Translations under genes and position numbers: made by a program
NCBI RefSeq assembly: GCF_028641065.1
Contig: NC_073378.1
Coordinates: 107,198,001-107,262,000, forward strand
Reading direction: 5' to 3'
Source of the DNA: Leucoraja erinacea
Lineage: Eukaryota
DNA: 64,000 bases
Shown here: positions 26,030 through 39,831 of the stretch, one piece after another
Position numbering within the stretch: the first letter of the stretch is position 1
How the letters are laid out: every line of letters begins with the position of its first letter
The notes under the pieces: generated by a model
Databases searched by the model: none
The model's input: the letters and a program-made list of their open reading frames with translations, nothing else
What the model was told of the DNA's origin: nothing

Positions 26030-27100
26030 ATGTACTTCAATTGGAAAGGCACGGATTAATCAGGGATGGTCAGCATGCATTTGTTGAGGCCCAATTGTAT
26101 CTGATGAACTCAAGTAAAATTTTTAATAAGATATCGATGGAATGATGAGGTACTTGTTGCACTAAATTTTAACAAGGCTTTGACAAGCTTGTCAGCTGAA
26201 CAAAAATGTAAAAAGCAATGGGATCCAGCAGAGAGTGGAAAAATGATCAAAAATTGGCTCACCTGAAGGAAGAAATAAATGGTGATATTTGCCAGGCATT
26301 TGTGACTGGAAGGCTGACCTCACATGGGGTTTCACAAGCCTCGGTACTTAGCTCTGCAATTTTAATATAGTTTGGACCGAAATGTTCATGGCACAATCAA
26401 GACGTTCTACTTCAGGGTGAGGAAGAAAGCTTTTGGGTGACAGGAGTATAGACAGTCTGAAACCTTTGCCAGAAAAATAACAAATGGAAGTGTATTCTGT
26501 GTAGGGGGAAATAATTATTTTGGGGAGTTGCAATATGGCTAGATGCAACAATACACAATAACTGGAAGTATACTGAGAGATATGGAAGAATGAAAGAAGC
26601 CAATAGGGTTGAGATGAATCTGACAGTACCCTAGCTTATGGATGGACCATTCAGAAGCACAATACCATTACTTTAGAGTAGCTGGAAAATCAATAGTTAA
26701 ACATTTATGCTGGTTATTTCCTCTAATGACAAGACATAGAACTTGATAGGAGGGAGCATTCTTTGGCCTCAGTTTAAGTAATATACATAGTTCAACTTAA
26801 CACATTAAAGATTTGATTTCATCGGTGGGGGTGCTGAGGAGAATTACAAAGATGTTGTTAGGACTGGAAAGTTGTAGCTATAAGGAAAGATTGAATAACT
26901 TTGTGTTGCTTTATTTTGAATGGCGAAGGCCAAGGGAAGACATAATGGAGATAACACAATGAGAAAAGAGCCTGAATAGAATATACAGATCATTTAAATT
27001 AAGCAGCAGAAGGATTAGATGAGGGGAGTATTTTTTCAATCAAGAGCATGATGGGGTTTGGAACTCACTATTTAAATAACAGAGGCAAAAACAGTTAATG
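26030..27100 (+). mobile_element. Old, highly degraded CR1 LINE
   Basis: Residual motifs cagcatgcatttgt (QHGF-like), aaggctttgacaag (KAFDK) and agctataaggaaagattg. Confidence 0.55.
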
Positions 27101-30094
27101 ATTTCCCTAACTTGCAAGTCATTGACTTTGTGCTGAAAGGCAAGATTTGGTCCGATAGCTCTTTTTCAACTGGCTGTAATGATCAGATAAATGACCCACT
27201 TCTGTGTCATAATTGGTCTATCAGTGTCTCCTTCAGTGATACAGTAGCATTTTTGTTTTGTTCGATAATCTCCTGTAAAATGCTTTGGCGCGCTTTCATT
27301 GTGTTGAAACTGCCAGAGAAATTGAAGTTATTTTCATTGTTACAATAAAATATTGCAAGGCTATTCACAAGAACACAATCGGAAATATTGCACTGAATCA
27401 CATTGTTCCAATGGCCAAAAGAAACAGTCAAAGAGCTGCTTTTACACATTCTTCAAAAGAAAGGGTAAACTGATCCTCAGGCATCTCTCTAATACACTTC
27501 AAATCCAAAAAGAACAGTTAGAATGCCACAAACCTCAACAGAAACAGTGAAACATTGGACTGACATAAAACTAAATCAAAAAGATACATCCTTAAAACAT
27601 TTGTGTTTTTTTGCAAATTATATCAAAGTAAAAAGTTCTCCATCTTATAACAAATCCTGTTGATATCTAACTTGCCACCAGAAAGTCTATCACATATTGA
27701 AGGGGGTTGTTGAGAATCCATTCCCTGTGCAAATTATTTGGAATTTCTCCAACAGTCGAGGACCCATTTAAATGTTCTTATGAAAAAAATACAACTCTAT
27801 TACTTTTTGCAAAAATATGTTGAAAAACAGTCCATAGGCCAAAATTAGGCAGAGATCAAATCAGTGTTGATCTCTGCCTTACTCCGAACCCATCTGTGCC
27901 CCATTGGCTCAGATTTACTGCCGTTAGGAATGAATTGAAAACCAGTATTATTGTGCAGATTGCGCGATGGAATAATTTAAAGTAGCTGCAACGCTATTGT
28001 AAGGTCTACGTAAGAAACAACCTTCTCTGCAGAGGCATTGATATCCAGCAGATACTTTTATACCATGATGAAAAGGATCTTTTCATTTTATAATGCTTTG
28101 AAATTTCTGGCATTTATAGAAGAACACCTATAGGTTACACGAGCATCGTGACAGGATTGATTGGAGAATTTTTTAATTTTTTTTAAAGAGCTTCTTTGAA
28201 ACAGCAGGCTCAGTTTCATTCAGAATACAATGTAAATCACAGCAGGAATAAGTTTCCTGAAAGACAAATCCAGGGATTTATTATGTTGCTTCAAATTATA
28301 GAGTGTGGCATTCCAACTTTACCCTGACATTGTCTCCAGCCTGCCAGTTCCTTTGTGTTCCTCCTTGCACTACTGAGACAAATTAAAGATGACATGCCTT
28401 TTCTTTCATTCATTTACAAAAGGGATTGCCCCTTTCTCTCAGAACATTGCAAGTCTCTAGAACTCTTCTTCACAGGGCAGTGGAAGCGAAAGTATTTGAA
28501 TTTTTTTAAAGGAGATATTTGATAAGCACAGGAATTAACATTTACCAGGAGGGTTGGGGAATTGATATTATAATGACATCCACAATTGTATTAAAACGGT
28601 GGAAAATGCTTGAGAGTCTGAGGGTCAATTCCTGCTCTTGATTTATATCTTCTATATTCATATGCCAAGTTCTTAATTCAAATTAGTTATACACAGGGAT
28701 TAGTTTATCCTGGTGTGCATGAAGCTCATTGAGTAAACAATACACATGATAATGATAGTGTTTACAACAATAAACACTATGATGAGTGCAAAACAGCAGA
28801 ATTGTGCAAAGATTATAGTGCGATCAAAATTGGTGCAAAAAAAAAACACTTAAGTCCAATAACGGAACAACTAAATGAGATAAATTTAAGAGCAAGTCTG
28901 TGCGAAAGAGGTGATTGATTCAGGAGTTTGAAAGCTGCGGGGAAGAAGCTATTCTTAAGCCAGATGGCTGGGCTCTCAAGTGCCTGTCTCTCCCAGCAGA
29001 TGAAACAGAGAAAAGGAAATGGCCAAGATGACAGGCTTCCCAGCCTTCCTGTAGCAACACACCATGAAGATGGATTGGATGGAAGGAAATAACAGGCCTG
29101 TGAAAGACTGGGCTGTGTTTCCCATACCACACAGTGATACTTCCTGCAGAACCTCTTGAAAGAATGATCAATTAAATTTTGTACAAGAATCGTGAAATCC
29201 AAAAACTCTCATTAGATATGTCAGTCAAGAATACTTCTTATATCTCTATATGGACTTCCTAACAGGGAAAGGATACCAAAATAAATCTTCATTGGTGCCC
29301 TAATTTGGCTCAGTTAGTGGTTCAGTTGCCTCTGGTTATAAGCTTGTGAGCTGAAGATGTGATCTAGAAACAGCTGGAAATGATTCATGTGCCAATACTT
29401 TATGGCGAGGAGTGCCTGATATTGGACCCCGAGTCATATTTTCATAAGTCTCTGAGTTGCGGAAACATGTTGGATTCCCCGAGGCATCGTCGTTTACAAA
29501 CAAGTAATACATTTTTTATCACAATGCATTTATCAATAGTTATCCTCAAACTATCCTTAGAATAGGCAAGGTATGGCTGAACAGGTGAAAACAGACCAAT
29601 GGGGAAAAGCATGAGATTGAGAGAGGAGGGAGAAATCACAAGGAAGAAACCAGTGTGGAGGATATGATCCATTGCATGCTGATAATAGAATGGCAGTACA
29701 GGCTGCACTTCTCTCCATTTGACTTTGGTTTTAAATAAGATACAGCCATCTTCCTGGTGCTGGGTTTGGGTGTCTTATTAGTGATAGTGGTCGATCTGAA
29801 ATGTGGACCCGAGTCCTCAGTCCCACCCCTCTACTTCTACCTCTGACCGACATCTCTCTCATCCAATCGCCGCCCTCGATCACCAGTCCCACCTCCACTG
29901 TCTTGCAGAAAGCGGAGATTTTTAATCTATTTTTTTTTCACCAAATTTTAAAATCCGGATTCCAAAACATGGGGGGAATCGTCCCCCACCCCTCAAAATA
30001 TGGAGGGGGCCTGTTCCCCCTGTCCCTCCCGGGATTTCCGCCCATGCCAACAAGTGTGCATGGGAGACAAATTTTGCAGAGAGATCTTTCTGTG

Positions 30095-30192
30095 GGTACA
30101 CAAAAATGCTGGAGAAACTCAGCAGGTGCAGCAGCATCTCTATGGAGCGAATGAAATAGGCAACGTTTCGGGCCGAAACCCTTCTTCAGACT
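30095..30192 (-). mobile_element. Penelope pLTR variant with intact hammerhead motif
   Basis: Minus strand 30162-30189 reads CTGAAGA-A-GGGT(TTCG)GCCC-GAAA-CGTT. Confidence 0.75.
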
Positions 30193-33100
30193 TTTTTTGT
30201 GTGGGTGTTTGGTTGCTCATTTACATATGCAAATGTCACCACTGCAGTTAATCCATAACCCGGTAAACTGAGATTTGAGAACTAATTTTGGAGCGTTAAA
30301 TTCTTAACCCAGGATGATACATCAAAGTGGCATTTTATATTGCTTCGTGGATGAAATCTCAAATAACATCCGGATTACCTGTGTGCGCGTCATGAAAAAC
30401 ACACAGCAGTGCATGAAAGGAAGCTTCTCATTTTCCTGATGTCTCAACTAATCTTCTTGATGAAGCCACTTGACAGAAACTAACGCACTCTGTATTATCA
30501 TTAGTGTCTATGGAATATTATTTAATCTGATTAATAATCTTGTATCTTTAAGGATTCGAAACCATTTTTACATAAAATGAGCAGTACAAAACATAATCAA
30601 ATCTTATTATTATCAGAATAAATCTGAATGATCCACTTCTGTAAATTGGATTTTATGATTTTAGTTAAACATATCCTTGGAATATCACTGACAATGAATG
30701 TAGATATCAACATTAACATAAACATCATCCCCAACTAACATCACTGGAAAAATTAACCTCAATTATCACCCAGCAATCAAGAGGAGTATAATGCAAGAGA
30801 TAGATTTGTTGTCTTGAGTCAAAAGAAATCCGCAACACAATGTGGCCAATTATTTTGCTGAATAGCAGGATTCCCAATGTTTGGAGGGATCATAACTTGC
30901 ATTCTGGTGATTCATTGCTCTGTTGATATCCGCATGAATCAGAAGGAATTTCATTGAAAACACTTTACTCCTTTGAAACATTCTGTATAAATCTAATAGC
31001 TTTCTGAATACAGCTGGCTTTAGTTTTAAGGTTTGTGCTGTGTGCTGCTTCATGACTCAGGAGAAATCACTGTGGAAAATATCAAGGCCCCAGATGCTGT
31101 AGAGCAATGCAGAGTAGGAATATATAAAAGCGACAAACTGTTCTACTGATCATAAGCATATGAGCGATTTGCAAAAGCTCTGATCTCAAAATAGTCCAAT
31201 GTTGAATATGTGCCCCTTGCATTTTCACATGCCTTCCACCAGGTCACAAGGATTTATGTGCCTTATATTCTTAAAGGCTGTTGAATATCTACTTTAACCA
31301 CAGGACAACATTTTTGTAAAATTATTTTTGCACAAAACAATCATGATTTTGATAGTTGTAAATATGTGTCATTATTCTTCTCTGGCGTTTCATAATGATT
31401 TATATAAGTGCTCATATATGTTATATATTGAGAGCAGAGGTACCAAAATTATGACTTTACAACAATCGCTCAGGTCAAATCAATCTGAGCAGCAGAATCT
31501 CTTCATGAACTCCCACCAACATGGAGAATTCGGCCAACAAAAGCAGCATTGGGTCAAGGAGGTTGAGTTGTGGGGTTTGTGGTCAGAGAGAGCAACAAAA
31601 CTTGTGTGGGAATGCAGGAAAGTGTTTGAATATGTGGGGAGGGGAATTAGGTCATAGAGTAAAATAATAGTTTGGATGGGGAAAAGGGAAAGGTCACGAC
31701 GGTGGGTGCTGGTTAAAGGAGTGAATTAGGGGGAAGAATTCAAGGAGTTCACTGCGAAGTGAAGGGGCTGACCCGAGGATACTGGCACCAAGATCCCAAG
31801 GTGCAGCAATGTTTTTCACACCATTTAAAACATATTTTCATTTATCCTTCTTACCCAGATGGATAACCCAACTTATCTTAGTACCTAAGCATAGACATTG
31901 ATAATTAAGGCATTGAATATGCTGGCGTGCATCTTCCATGGTGCAACTGTGATACATGATTGTTCATGTGGAAAATAGACTCCCTCCGGTAAAGCTAAAT
32001 GGCACACATGCAAAGATCAAAAACAGGAAGTAGTAATAAAACTATCGTGGACATAAAGAAAAAAAATATTTAAAAAAAACAATTATGGTTTTTCTCAATT
32101 TTAAGATCCTCATTTATCTTGAAGTATTTCATTTCAATTAGATATTTTAAAACAGTCACCATTGCAAAAAGGGGAAATGCCGAAAGAACATTATTTTTAC
32201 AAATGAACAAAATCTTGTAAACTTCAAAAGTACATTCAATTAGCATTACTCTCAAACAGCTCCTGCAGTTGTATGCTCCTACTTGGCAACTATTTTGATC
32301 TCTTATTGTGACTGATGAAAAACTGGCAGAGCCCCCAATGAAACAATGGAGCAGCAGTTGTATTTCCCAGTGCCGTTCCTGAGAGTTTTTTGGCTGACAA
32401 TCAAGGGGTGGACCTTCTTCAAGCTCCTTATGAGGCAAATGGCAATTACAGCCACAAGCCACTCAAGCGGTAGGAAAAAAAATAATATTTGAAGAATTGG
32501 ACTGCTGAAATCTTACTGTTAATTAAAGGAACAGCCAAACGTCTGCTGTTTGCATTTCATTGAGCCAATGAATGGTAAAATTGATTAACAAGAAAGTCTG
32601 CCTTGGGGACTGGACAGTTTTGACCACAGGTGTCAAGACCAGCTTGTAATAATTTAATTGGTGCCACATTCACTATTCTTCAACGCCATTTGTCTGGCTA
32701 GATCTATGTTGTGATAAATCAAAGGGCCTCTGTTGAAATGTTCAAGTTATTTTCATCAAACATCAAGTAAAAAGGATTCTTGAAAGGACGTCAAATTAGG
32801 CGATACTTGAAAACCAGGTGTGGGGATTGTTTGTGGTTGTGCATTGTGAGCAGTACATTTGAACTGGATATGCCTGCTTGTTAATGAGATTGATGGAAGC
32901 AGCTTGCAAGATCCACAGCACCATCACCTGCACCGTTCAAGAGAGATCCTGTCATAGGGTGTTTGCAGTCTTAAAAACAAATGCATTGTACAGATAAAAT
33001 GCAATGTGGCGACAAAAGAAGGTGGATGTTATTTCAAAACTGCACGTGATTTACAGCACTCTAGAGAAGTGGGAGAAAAACCTGTTAGATATATGCACAG

Positions 33101-33312
33101 TGGCAGAGGATAAGGGAATCCTGAAATAATTGGGGGATTGGAAGTAGATTATGGGAAAGCAAACTGAAGTGCAGCAAAGATCAATTCCACATATTTTGTT
33201 TAAAAAATAGCAATGCAATGCATAAAGAACTTTAATGTGCTGGCATAACCTGTTGAGATAAGACTTCAATCCCCATACTGCATATTCTGATAATGATACC
33301 CATAGTCTTATC

Positions 33313-33504
33313 GAAGATAGACAAAAAAAGCTGGAATAACTCAGCGGGACAGGCAGCATCTTTGGAGAGAAGGAAAGAATGACATTTCTGGTCGACCCGA
33401 AACATCACCCATTCCTTCTCTCCAGAGATGCTGCTTGTCCCGCTGAGTTACTCCAGCTTTTTGTGTCTATCTTCGGTTTAAACCAGCATCTGCAATTCTT
33501 TCTC
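33313..33504. mobile_element. Fold-back Penelope pLTR insertion with 15-bp TSD
   Basis: About 80-bp inverted arms centred on gtcgac (33391-33396); ACCCATAGTCTTATC at 33298-33312 and 33505-33519. Confidence 0.85.
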
Positions 33505-33596
33505 ACCCATAGTCTTATCCATTGCTCAATATCCCTTATGCACCTCACTCATCAATTCAATTAACCTGTCATTGCTCACACTCATACACAGGTGTA

Positions 33597-34290
33597 GAAC
33601 CATAGAAACATAGACAATAGGTGCAGGAGTGGGCCATTCGGCCCTTCGAGCCTGCACCGCCATTCAATATGATCATGGCTGATTATCCAACTCAGTATCC
33701 TGTACCTGCCTTCTCTCCATACCCCCTGATCATTTTAGCCACAAGGGCCACATCTATTAAATATAGCCAATGAACTGGCCTCAACTACCTTCTGTGGGAG
33801 AGAATTCCAGAGATTCACCATTCTCTGTGTGAAAAAAGTTTTCCTCATCTCGGTCCTAAAAGATTCCCCCCTTATCCTTAAACTGTGACCCCTTGTTCTA
33901 GACTTCCCCAACATCGGGAACAATCTTCCTACATCTAGCCTGTCCAACCCCTTAAGAATTTTGTAAGTTTCTATAAGATCCCCCCTCAATCTTCTAAATT
34001 CTAGTGAGTACAAGCCGAGTCTATCCAGTCTTTCTTCATATGAAAGTCCTGACATCCCAGGAATCAGTCTGGTGAACCTTCTCTGTACTCCCTCTATGGC
34101 AAGAATGTCTTTCCTCAGATTAGGAGACCAAAACTACGCAATACTTCAGGTGTGGTCTCACTAAGACCCTGTACAACTGCAGTAGAACCTCCCTGCCCCT
34201 ATACTCAAATCCTTTTGCTATGAATGCTAACATACCATTCGCCTTCTTCACTGCCTGCTGTACCATGACACCCAGGTCTCGTTGCGTTAT
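33597..34290 (-). mobile_element. CR1 LINE 3' fragment
   Basis: ORFs 33735..34055 and 34120..34305 are nearly identical to the C-terminus of the 994-aa ORF2. Confidence 0.92.
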
Positions 34291-34297
34291 ACACTTA

Positions 34298-35733
34298 CAG
34301 GGCATTCAGTAAGTATTCAGACCCCTTCACTTTTTCCACACTTTGTTACATTGCCGCCTTATTTTAAAATGGATTAAATTCTTTTTTTTTTTATCATCAA
34401 TCAACACACAATACGACACAAGAAGCAAAAACAGGTGTTTAGGAATTTTTACAAAGTAATTAAAAAGAAATAATTGAAACATCACATTTACATGAGTATT
34501 CAGACCCTTTACTTAGAACTTTGTTGAGGCACCTTTTGCAGTGATTACAGCCTCAAGTCTTCTTGGGTATGATGCTACAAGCTTGGCATAATTGTATTTG
34601 GGTAATTTCTCCCATACTTCTCTGCAGACCCTCTCAAGCTCCATCAGGTTGGATGGGGAGCGTTGATGCACAGCTGTTTTCAGATCCCTCCAGAGATGTT
34701 CGATCGGGTTCAAGTCTGAGTTCTAACTGGGCCACTCAAGGACATTCACAGACTTGTCACGAAGCTATTCTTGCATTGTCTTGGTGTGTGCTTAGGGTCA
34801 TTGTTTTGTTGGAAGGTCAACCTCCACCCCAGTCTGAGGTCCAGAATGCTCTGGAGCAGGTTTTCATCAAGGATCTCTCTGTACTTTGCTCCGTTCATCT
34901 TTCCCTCAATCCTGACTAGTCTCCCAGTTCCTGCCGCTGAAAAACATCCCCACAACATGATGCTGCTACCACCATGCTTCCCCGTAAGTATAATATTGGC
35001 CATGTGATGAGCGGTGCCTGGTTTCCTCCAGATGTGACGTTTGGCATTCAGGCCAAAGAGTTCAATCTTGGTTTCATCAGACCAGAGAATCTTGTTTCTC
35101 ATGGTCTGAGAGTCCTTTAGGTGCCTTTTGGCAAACTCCAAGCGGGCTGTGATGTGCCTTTTACTGAGGAGTGGCTTCCATCTGGCCACTCTACCATAAA
35201 TGTCCTGATTGGTGGAGTGCTGCATTTGTAGTTGTCTTTCTGGAAGGTTCTCCCATCTCCACAGAGGAACTCTGGAGCTCTGTCAGAGTGACTATCAGGT
35301 TCTTGGTCACCTCCCTGACCAAGGCTCTTCTCCCCTGATTGCTCAGTTTGGCCGGGTAGCCAGCTCTATGAAGAGTCCTGGTGGTTCCAAAGTTCTTTCA
35401 TTTAAGAATGACGGAGGCCACTGTACTCTTCGGGACCTGCAATGTTGCAGAAATTGTTTTATACCCTTCCTCAGATCTGTGTCTCAACACAATCCTGTCT
35501 CGGAGGTCTACGAACAATTTAGCTCAATTTTGAGTGTCATAGCAAATGGTCTGAATACTTATGTAAATGTGATATTACAGTTATTTCGTTTAAATTACTT
35601 TGCAAAATATTCTAAACACATGTTTTCCCTTCTTCATTCTGGGGTGTTGTGTGTAGATTGATTTTAAAATAGGGCTGTAATGTAACAAAATGTAGAAAAA
35701 GTGAAGGGGACTGAATACTTACTGAAAGCACTA
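34298..35733 (-). mobile_element. Tc1-family DNA transposon (IR/DR type), defective
   Basis: TA|CAGGGCATTCAGTAAGTATTCAGACCCC left end with a matching right TIR; inner direct repeats at ~34490 and ~35545; transposase motifs [21 protein letters not shown] and NPIEHLW in ORFs 34746..35225 and 34513..34713; frameshifts and N-terminal deletion. Confidence 0.92.
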
Positions 35734-37174
35734 TTGACTGTAGTTGTAAAAACTAAAGTTGTTGTAATTGTTTTTTTAAGGCATTTCAAACTAGTAATTC
35801 TACATGGAGCAAAACAGTTTTCCAAAATAATGCACTGTAGGCCCTTATCCCAATGGCTAGAATAAATCTGGCCTCAGAGGATTGATCACCATCAATAAGG
35901 CACAAAATGCTTTAGGAGGTCAAAATATTTTTAGCCAAATGAAAATGTCATTTCACAGTTTCAGGGAGATAATTTTTTATATTAATGAATAAATCAGATT
36001 CAGGCCATGAAACCCAGATGAATCTTGTGTTGTTATTACCCAAGATCAGTGTATTCCCTCAGGGTAAAAAAAAAATGAAAGGAGCTTTTATAGAGGGAAA
36101 ATGACATGGAAGTTTACATGGAAAATCACATGGAAAGCCTCAAAGTGACACCTGGGTGATGTGTGGCCTTTGTCAGTGCATCTTTCAAAAATCAAATAGT
36201 TGAAAAGAAAAAATGATTAATCTTGACATTTCTGCTACCTCTGTTGTTTATCTTATTCTCTCTACTTGCATAAAGGTCGTAAACATTGATCAAATTCTGT
36301 TACATGCGTCGAGCTTGTTATACAGACCTTCCAGCATAAACAGAAATAATCACATCTGTGTCGAATCACAAGCCATTTAAAATCTAAAGTTAAATTATTA
36401 TTCTTGATTTGTGCAAAGTACATTATCTTATAACTGAGTTGTGTTATTGGGGAAGTCTACTGTACTAGAAAAATAAGAGCAGGAGAGGACCGCCAGGAAC
36501 ATTCATAGTGATCATGGCTGATTAAAGCTGACCTTTCCTCCTCTTCTGAATCCTATACCACCAGCCTCAATTCTACAACCTTTCAAATAGTTTTCTATCT
36601 CAAGCTGAAATACTGCCACTGTACTTTCCGAGCACATTTAAAAAAAACAATTGATGCTTTCTGAGATAAATTAACTTAATCTGCATAACTTTTATTGTTT
36701 CCATGGTTTCCTGTCTCTCTTTATTTAATAGATTTAATATCTATGCCTCCCACAAGTATTGTTCACTAAGGTCCAAAACGCTGGTCATTTCCTCAGATAT
36801 CTTACTGTACTTACAGTAGGCCATACCAGATTCAAATTCTATCATTATCTCGTGATCGCATTAGTCTTATGCTTTTAACCAGAAATGTTTTAAACGTATC
36901 ACCAAATAGTTAAACAATTTCATTTGTTTCTGTTCATTTCATTTTACATTATCACTATACTGAGCTTTGATTTCTTCACTTGTCCTACTGCCAAGCTTTT
37001 GTACTGAGCACTACTACACCTTCTGTCGTTTATTAATTAGAGTCACAGAGTGAAACAGCATTGAACCAGGCCCTTCAGCCCAACCTGTCCATGCAACCCA
37101 AGGTGATTTCCTAAGCTAGTGGCAACACCTGCATTTTGCCCACATTCTTCACAAGCTTCCTCTGTTCAAATATA

Positions 37175-37585
37175 AACACAAAGTGCTGGAGTAACTCAGC
37201 AGATCAGGCAGCATCTCTTGAGAAAAAGGATGGGTGACTTTTCGGGTCGAAACCATTCCTCAGACTGAAACTAGGGGGTGGAGAGCTGAGGCAAGACAAG
37301 ACCAGGACCAATCAGGGCCAGCTACAAATAATCTCAGGTAGTGCAGTGTCCATGGTGGGCCCATTGTTGGCCAGGGAAGGTGTGATCACAAGACAGATAC
37401 AATTTGGAGAGCTGAGGCACTAGTTAAACAACTAGGTGGGAGAAAAGGGGCAAGGGGGGAGGGGGAAGGGGAGGAAAGTGTAGGTAGAAGTTACTTAAAT
37501 TTAGAGAATTCAACATTCATACCATTGGGTTGTAAGCAACCAAAGCAAAACATGTGATGTTGTTCCTCCAATTTGCGTGGCTTGA
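37175..37585 (-). mobile_element. Penelope-like element 3' end
   Basis: pLTR plus ORF C-terminus homologous to 8401-8772 and 42325-42700. Confidence 0.7.
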
Positions 37586-38400
37586 TCTGTTCAAATGTCT
37601 TTTAAACATTGTGAGTATACCCGTTATATTGCATTCCTTATGCCCACAACTTTGTGTGAAAAATCATGCCCCTTGGGTCCTTTTTAAATCATTGCCATCT
37701 CACTTTAACCTATGCCCTCTAGTTTTACTCACCTACCCTGGGAAAAAAAAACAGTGACTATCCATTTTATCCATGCTACTCATGGTTGTATAAACCTTTA
37801 TAAAGTCACCTCTTAGCCTCCATCGCTCCAGGAAAATCAGCTCTTGCTTATCTTGTTTCTCTTCAACTAAAGCCAACCTGACCTTTAATTATACCCTTCC
37901 TCTAATGTGGCGACCAGAACTGCATACAAAGGTCTGAGGCACTCACCAATGTCCTATACAGCTTCACATGACATCCCAACTCTTGTACGTAATGTCCCAT
38001 CCAATATAAGCCTTCTTCACCACTTTATCTACCTTTATCGTCACTTTCAGAGAACTATGTGTTTGTAGCCCTATCTATACAATACTTCTCAGGGCCCTGT
38101 CACTTAGTTTGTACGTACTGCACTGGTTCCATTTTCCAAAATGCATCACTTCGCACTTGAGTTAAGTTCCATCTGTTATTCCTTTGCTCACTTTCCCGGT
38201 TGGTCAAGATTGTGTTGTAACCTTACCAAATCATCTTCACTTTCCACTACACCACCAATGTTGATGTCATCTGCAAATTTACTGATCATGCACCTACAGT
38301 ACATTCTCATTAATATATATAAGTAAGAGGGAACATCACTGGCGGCAGGCCTCCAGTTTGAAAAACAACCCTCCACACTCGCCCTTCTGGACGTTTTGAT
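37585..38400 (-). mobile_element. Old CR1 LINE fragment
   Basis: ORF 38188..38376 contains ISKFADD. Confidence 0.7.
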
Positions 38401-39831
38401 GGTAAGACAGTCATTGCTGAGGCAGATAATAAGGATTGAGTCTTGGATTTCTGTAGCGATGTCCTCAGGCTAGCATGATTGACTGACAACCACAATTATT
38501 GTCTCTTGTGCAAGGTATAGTTTCAACCACTGGAGTGTTCTCCTTTGATTTTTGTTTTCTGTTTGATTTCTGTTTTAATCAACGGCCTTGATGTCATACT
38601 ACTTCAAATTCTGCTTTGGTATCAAAAGCAATCTTTATCACCTCAGCTCTGGAACTCTGTCGGTGAACAGAGCCTTGGCCTCAATTCCCATTGAGTACAA
38701 ACTTGCTAAGACATTTGCCTAAACCTTAAGAGTAATTACTTTTACCTTAGATTTGCTTTTAAACTTCTTAACAAGAAATCTTTAAATGACACACAAGCTT
38801 GGGAAACATATTAACAACCAGATCAATGATTCTTCGGAACACATTTCTTCCCTTGTCTTACATGACAGGGTGAGAAGATAAAAATAGCTCACAGAAAACC
38901 AAATGGTAAACAATTAAAAATAAATCAGTTTAAGCCCAAACTGGAATGTTATATACGGATCAAAAAAAGACATTAAATAACATGTAAAGAAATTGTTTAG
39001 ACATTCTCAAGAAACCATGATTAAGGGTTATTTGAATCTTATTCGTACAATTGGAAAGCAAAGTCTTCATGAATAACAGCAAGCTTGTCTAGAAATGAAC
39101 ACCTAGTTTAGCAAATTGGACAAGATTTGTGTTAGGTTTATTAAGCTGTAGAGAAGGCAAACACCTTTGAGATTGTTCCAATAATATTAACAGGATGGGT
39201 GCCCTCTGTAACCTTCACATATCTATAGTCAAAAAGAAAATGTAAAAAACAGAGAGATTGGCAAAGTATAATCATTGTGACAAGAACTGAGAACATATTA
39301 TTTTTGGCTTAACAGTCCGGTTAGTTAAAAAAAAAGATTTTAAAAAATCAGCATGCCTGCCAGCTGTTTGGCTGGGTAAAACAGAATATAAAATGTCTTG
39401 ATTATGTGCAAACTTAGGTTAGTTCATACCAATTCTTTGATTGCTGAATAAAATGATTTCCTTTTGGTCAATTGCATCACCAGTATCGTCTGTCATCAAG
39501 GTGTATAATAGAGTCTGTTTCTCAACTGTTATTTGGAGGTCTTAAAAGGTAGAGAGCAGGAAAAGTGATTCTAGGCACAGTTAGATTGATTACCAATGCG
39601 ACATATGAATAAAACATATTTCTTCTACCATCGGTCTTGTGCTTACTTAAAGCACATTGGCGTGCTGTTGATTGGGTTAAAATTGGGCATTGATGTGCTG
39701 GCTCAAAGTCACTCTGCTTCTGTCAGTTGCAAGTGAATCTCTGCTGACTTTTCAGCTGCTCAAGCCCATTGCTCCTGCCTTAATTAAAATGTAAAAGTTG
39801 TGGATTGTTGATGTAATGAGTGCAGCCTTAA

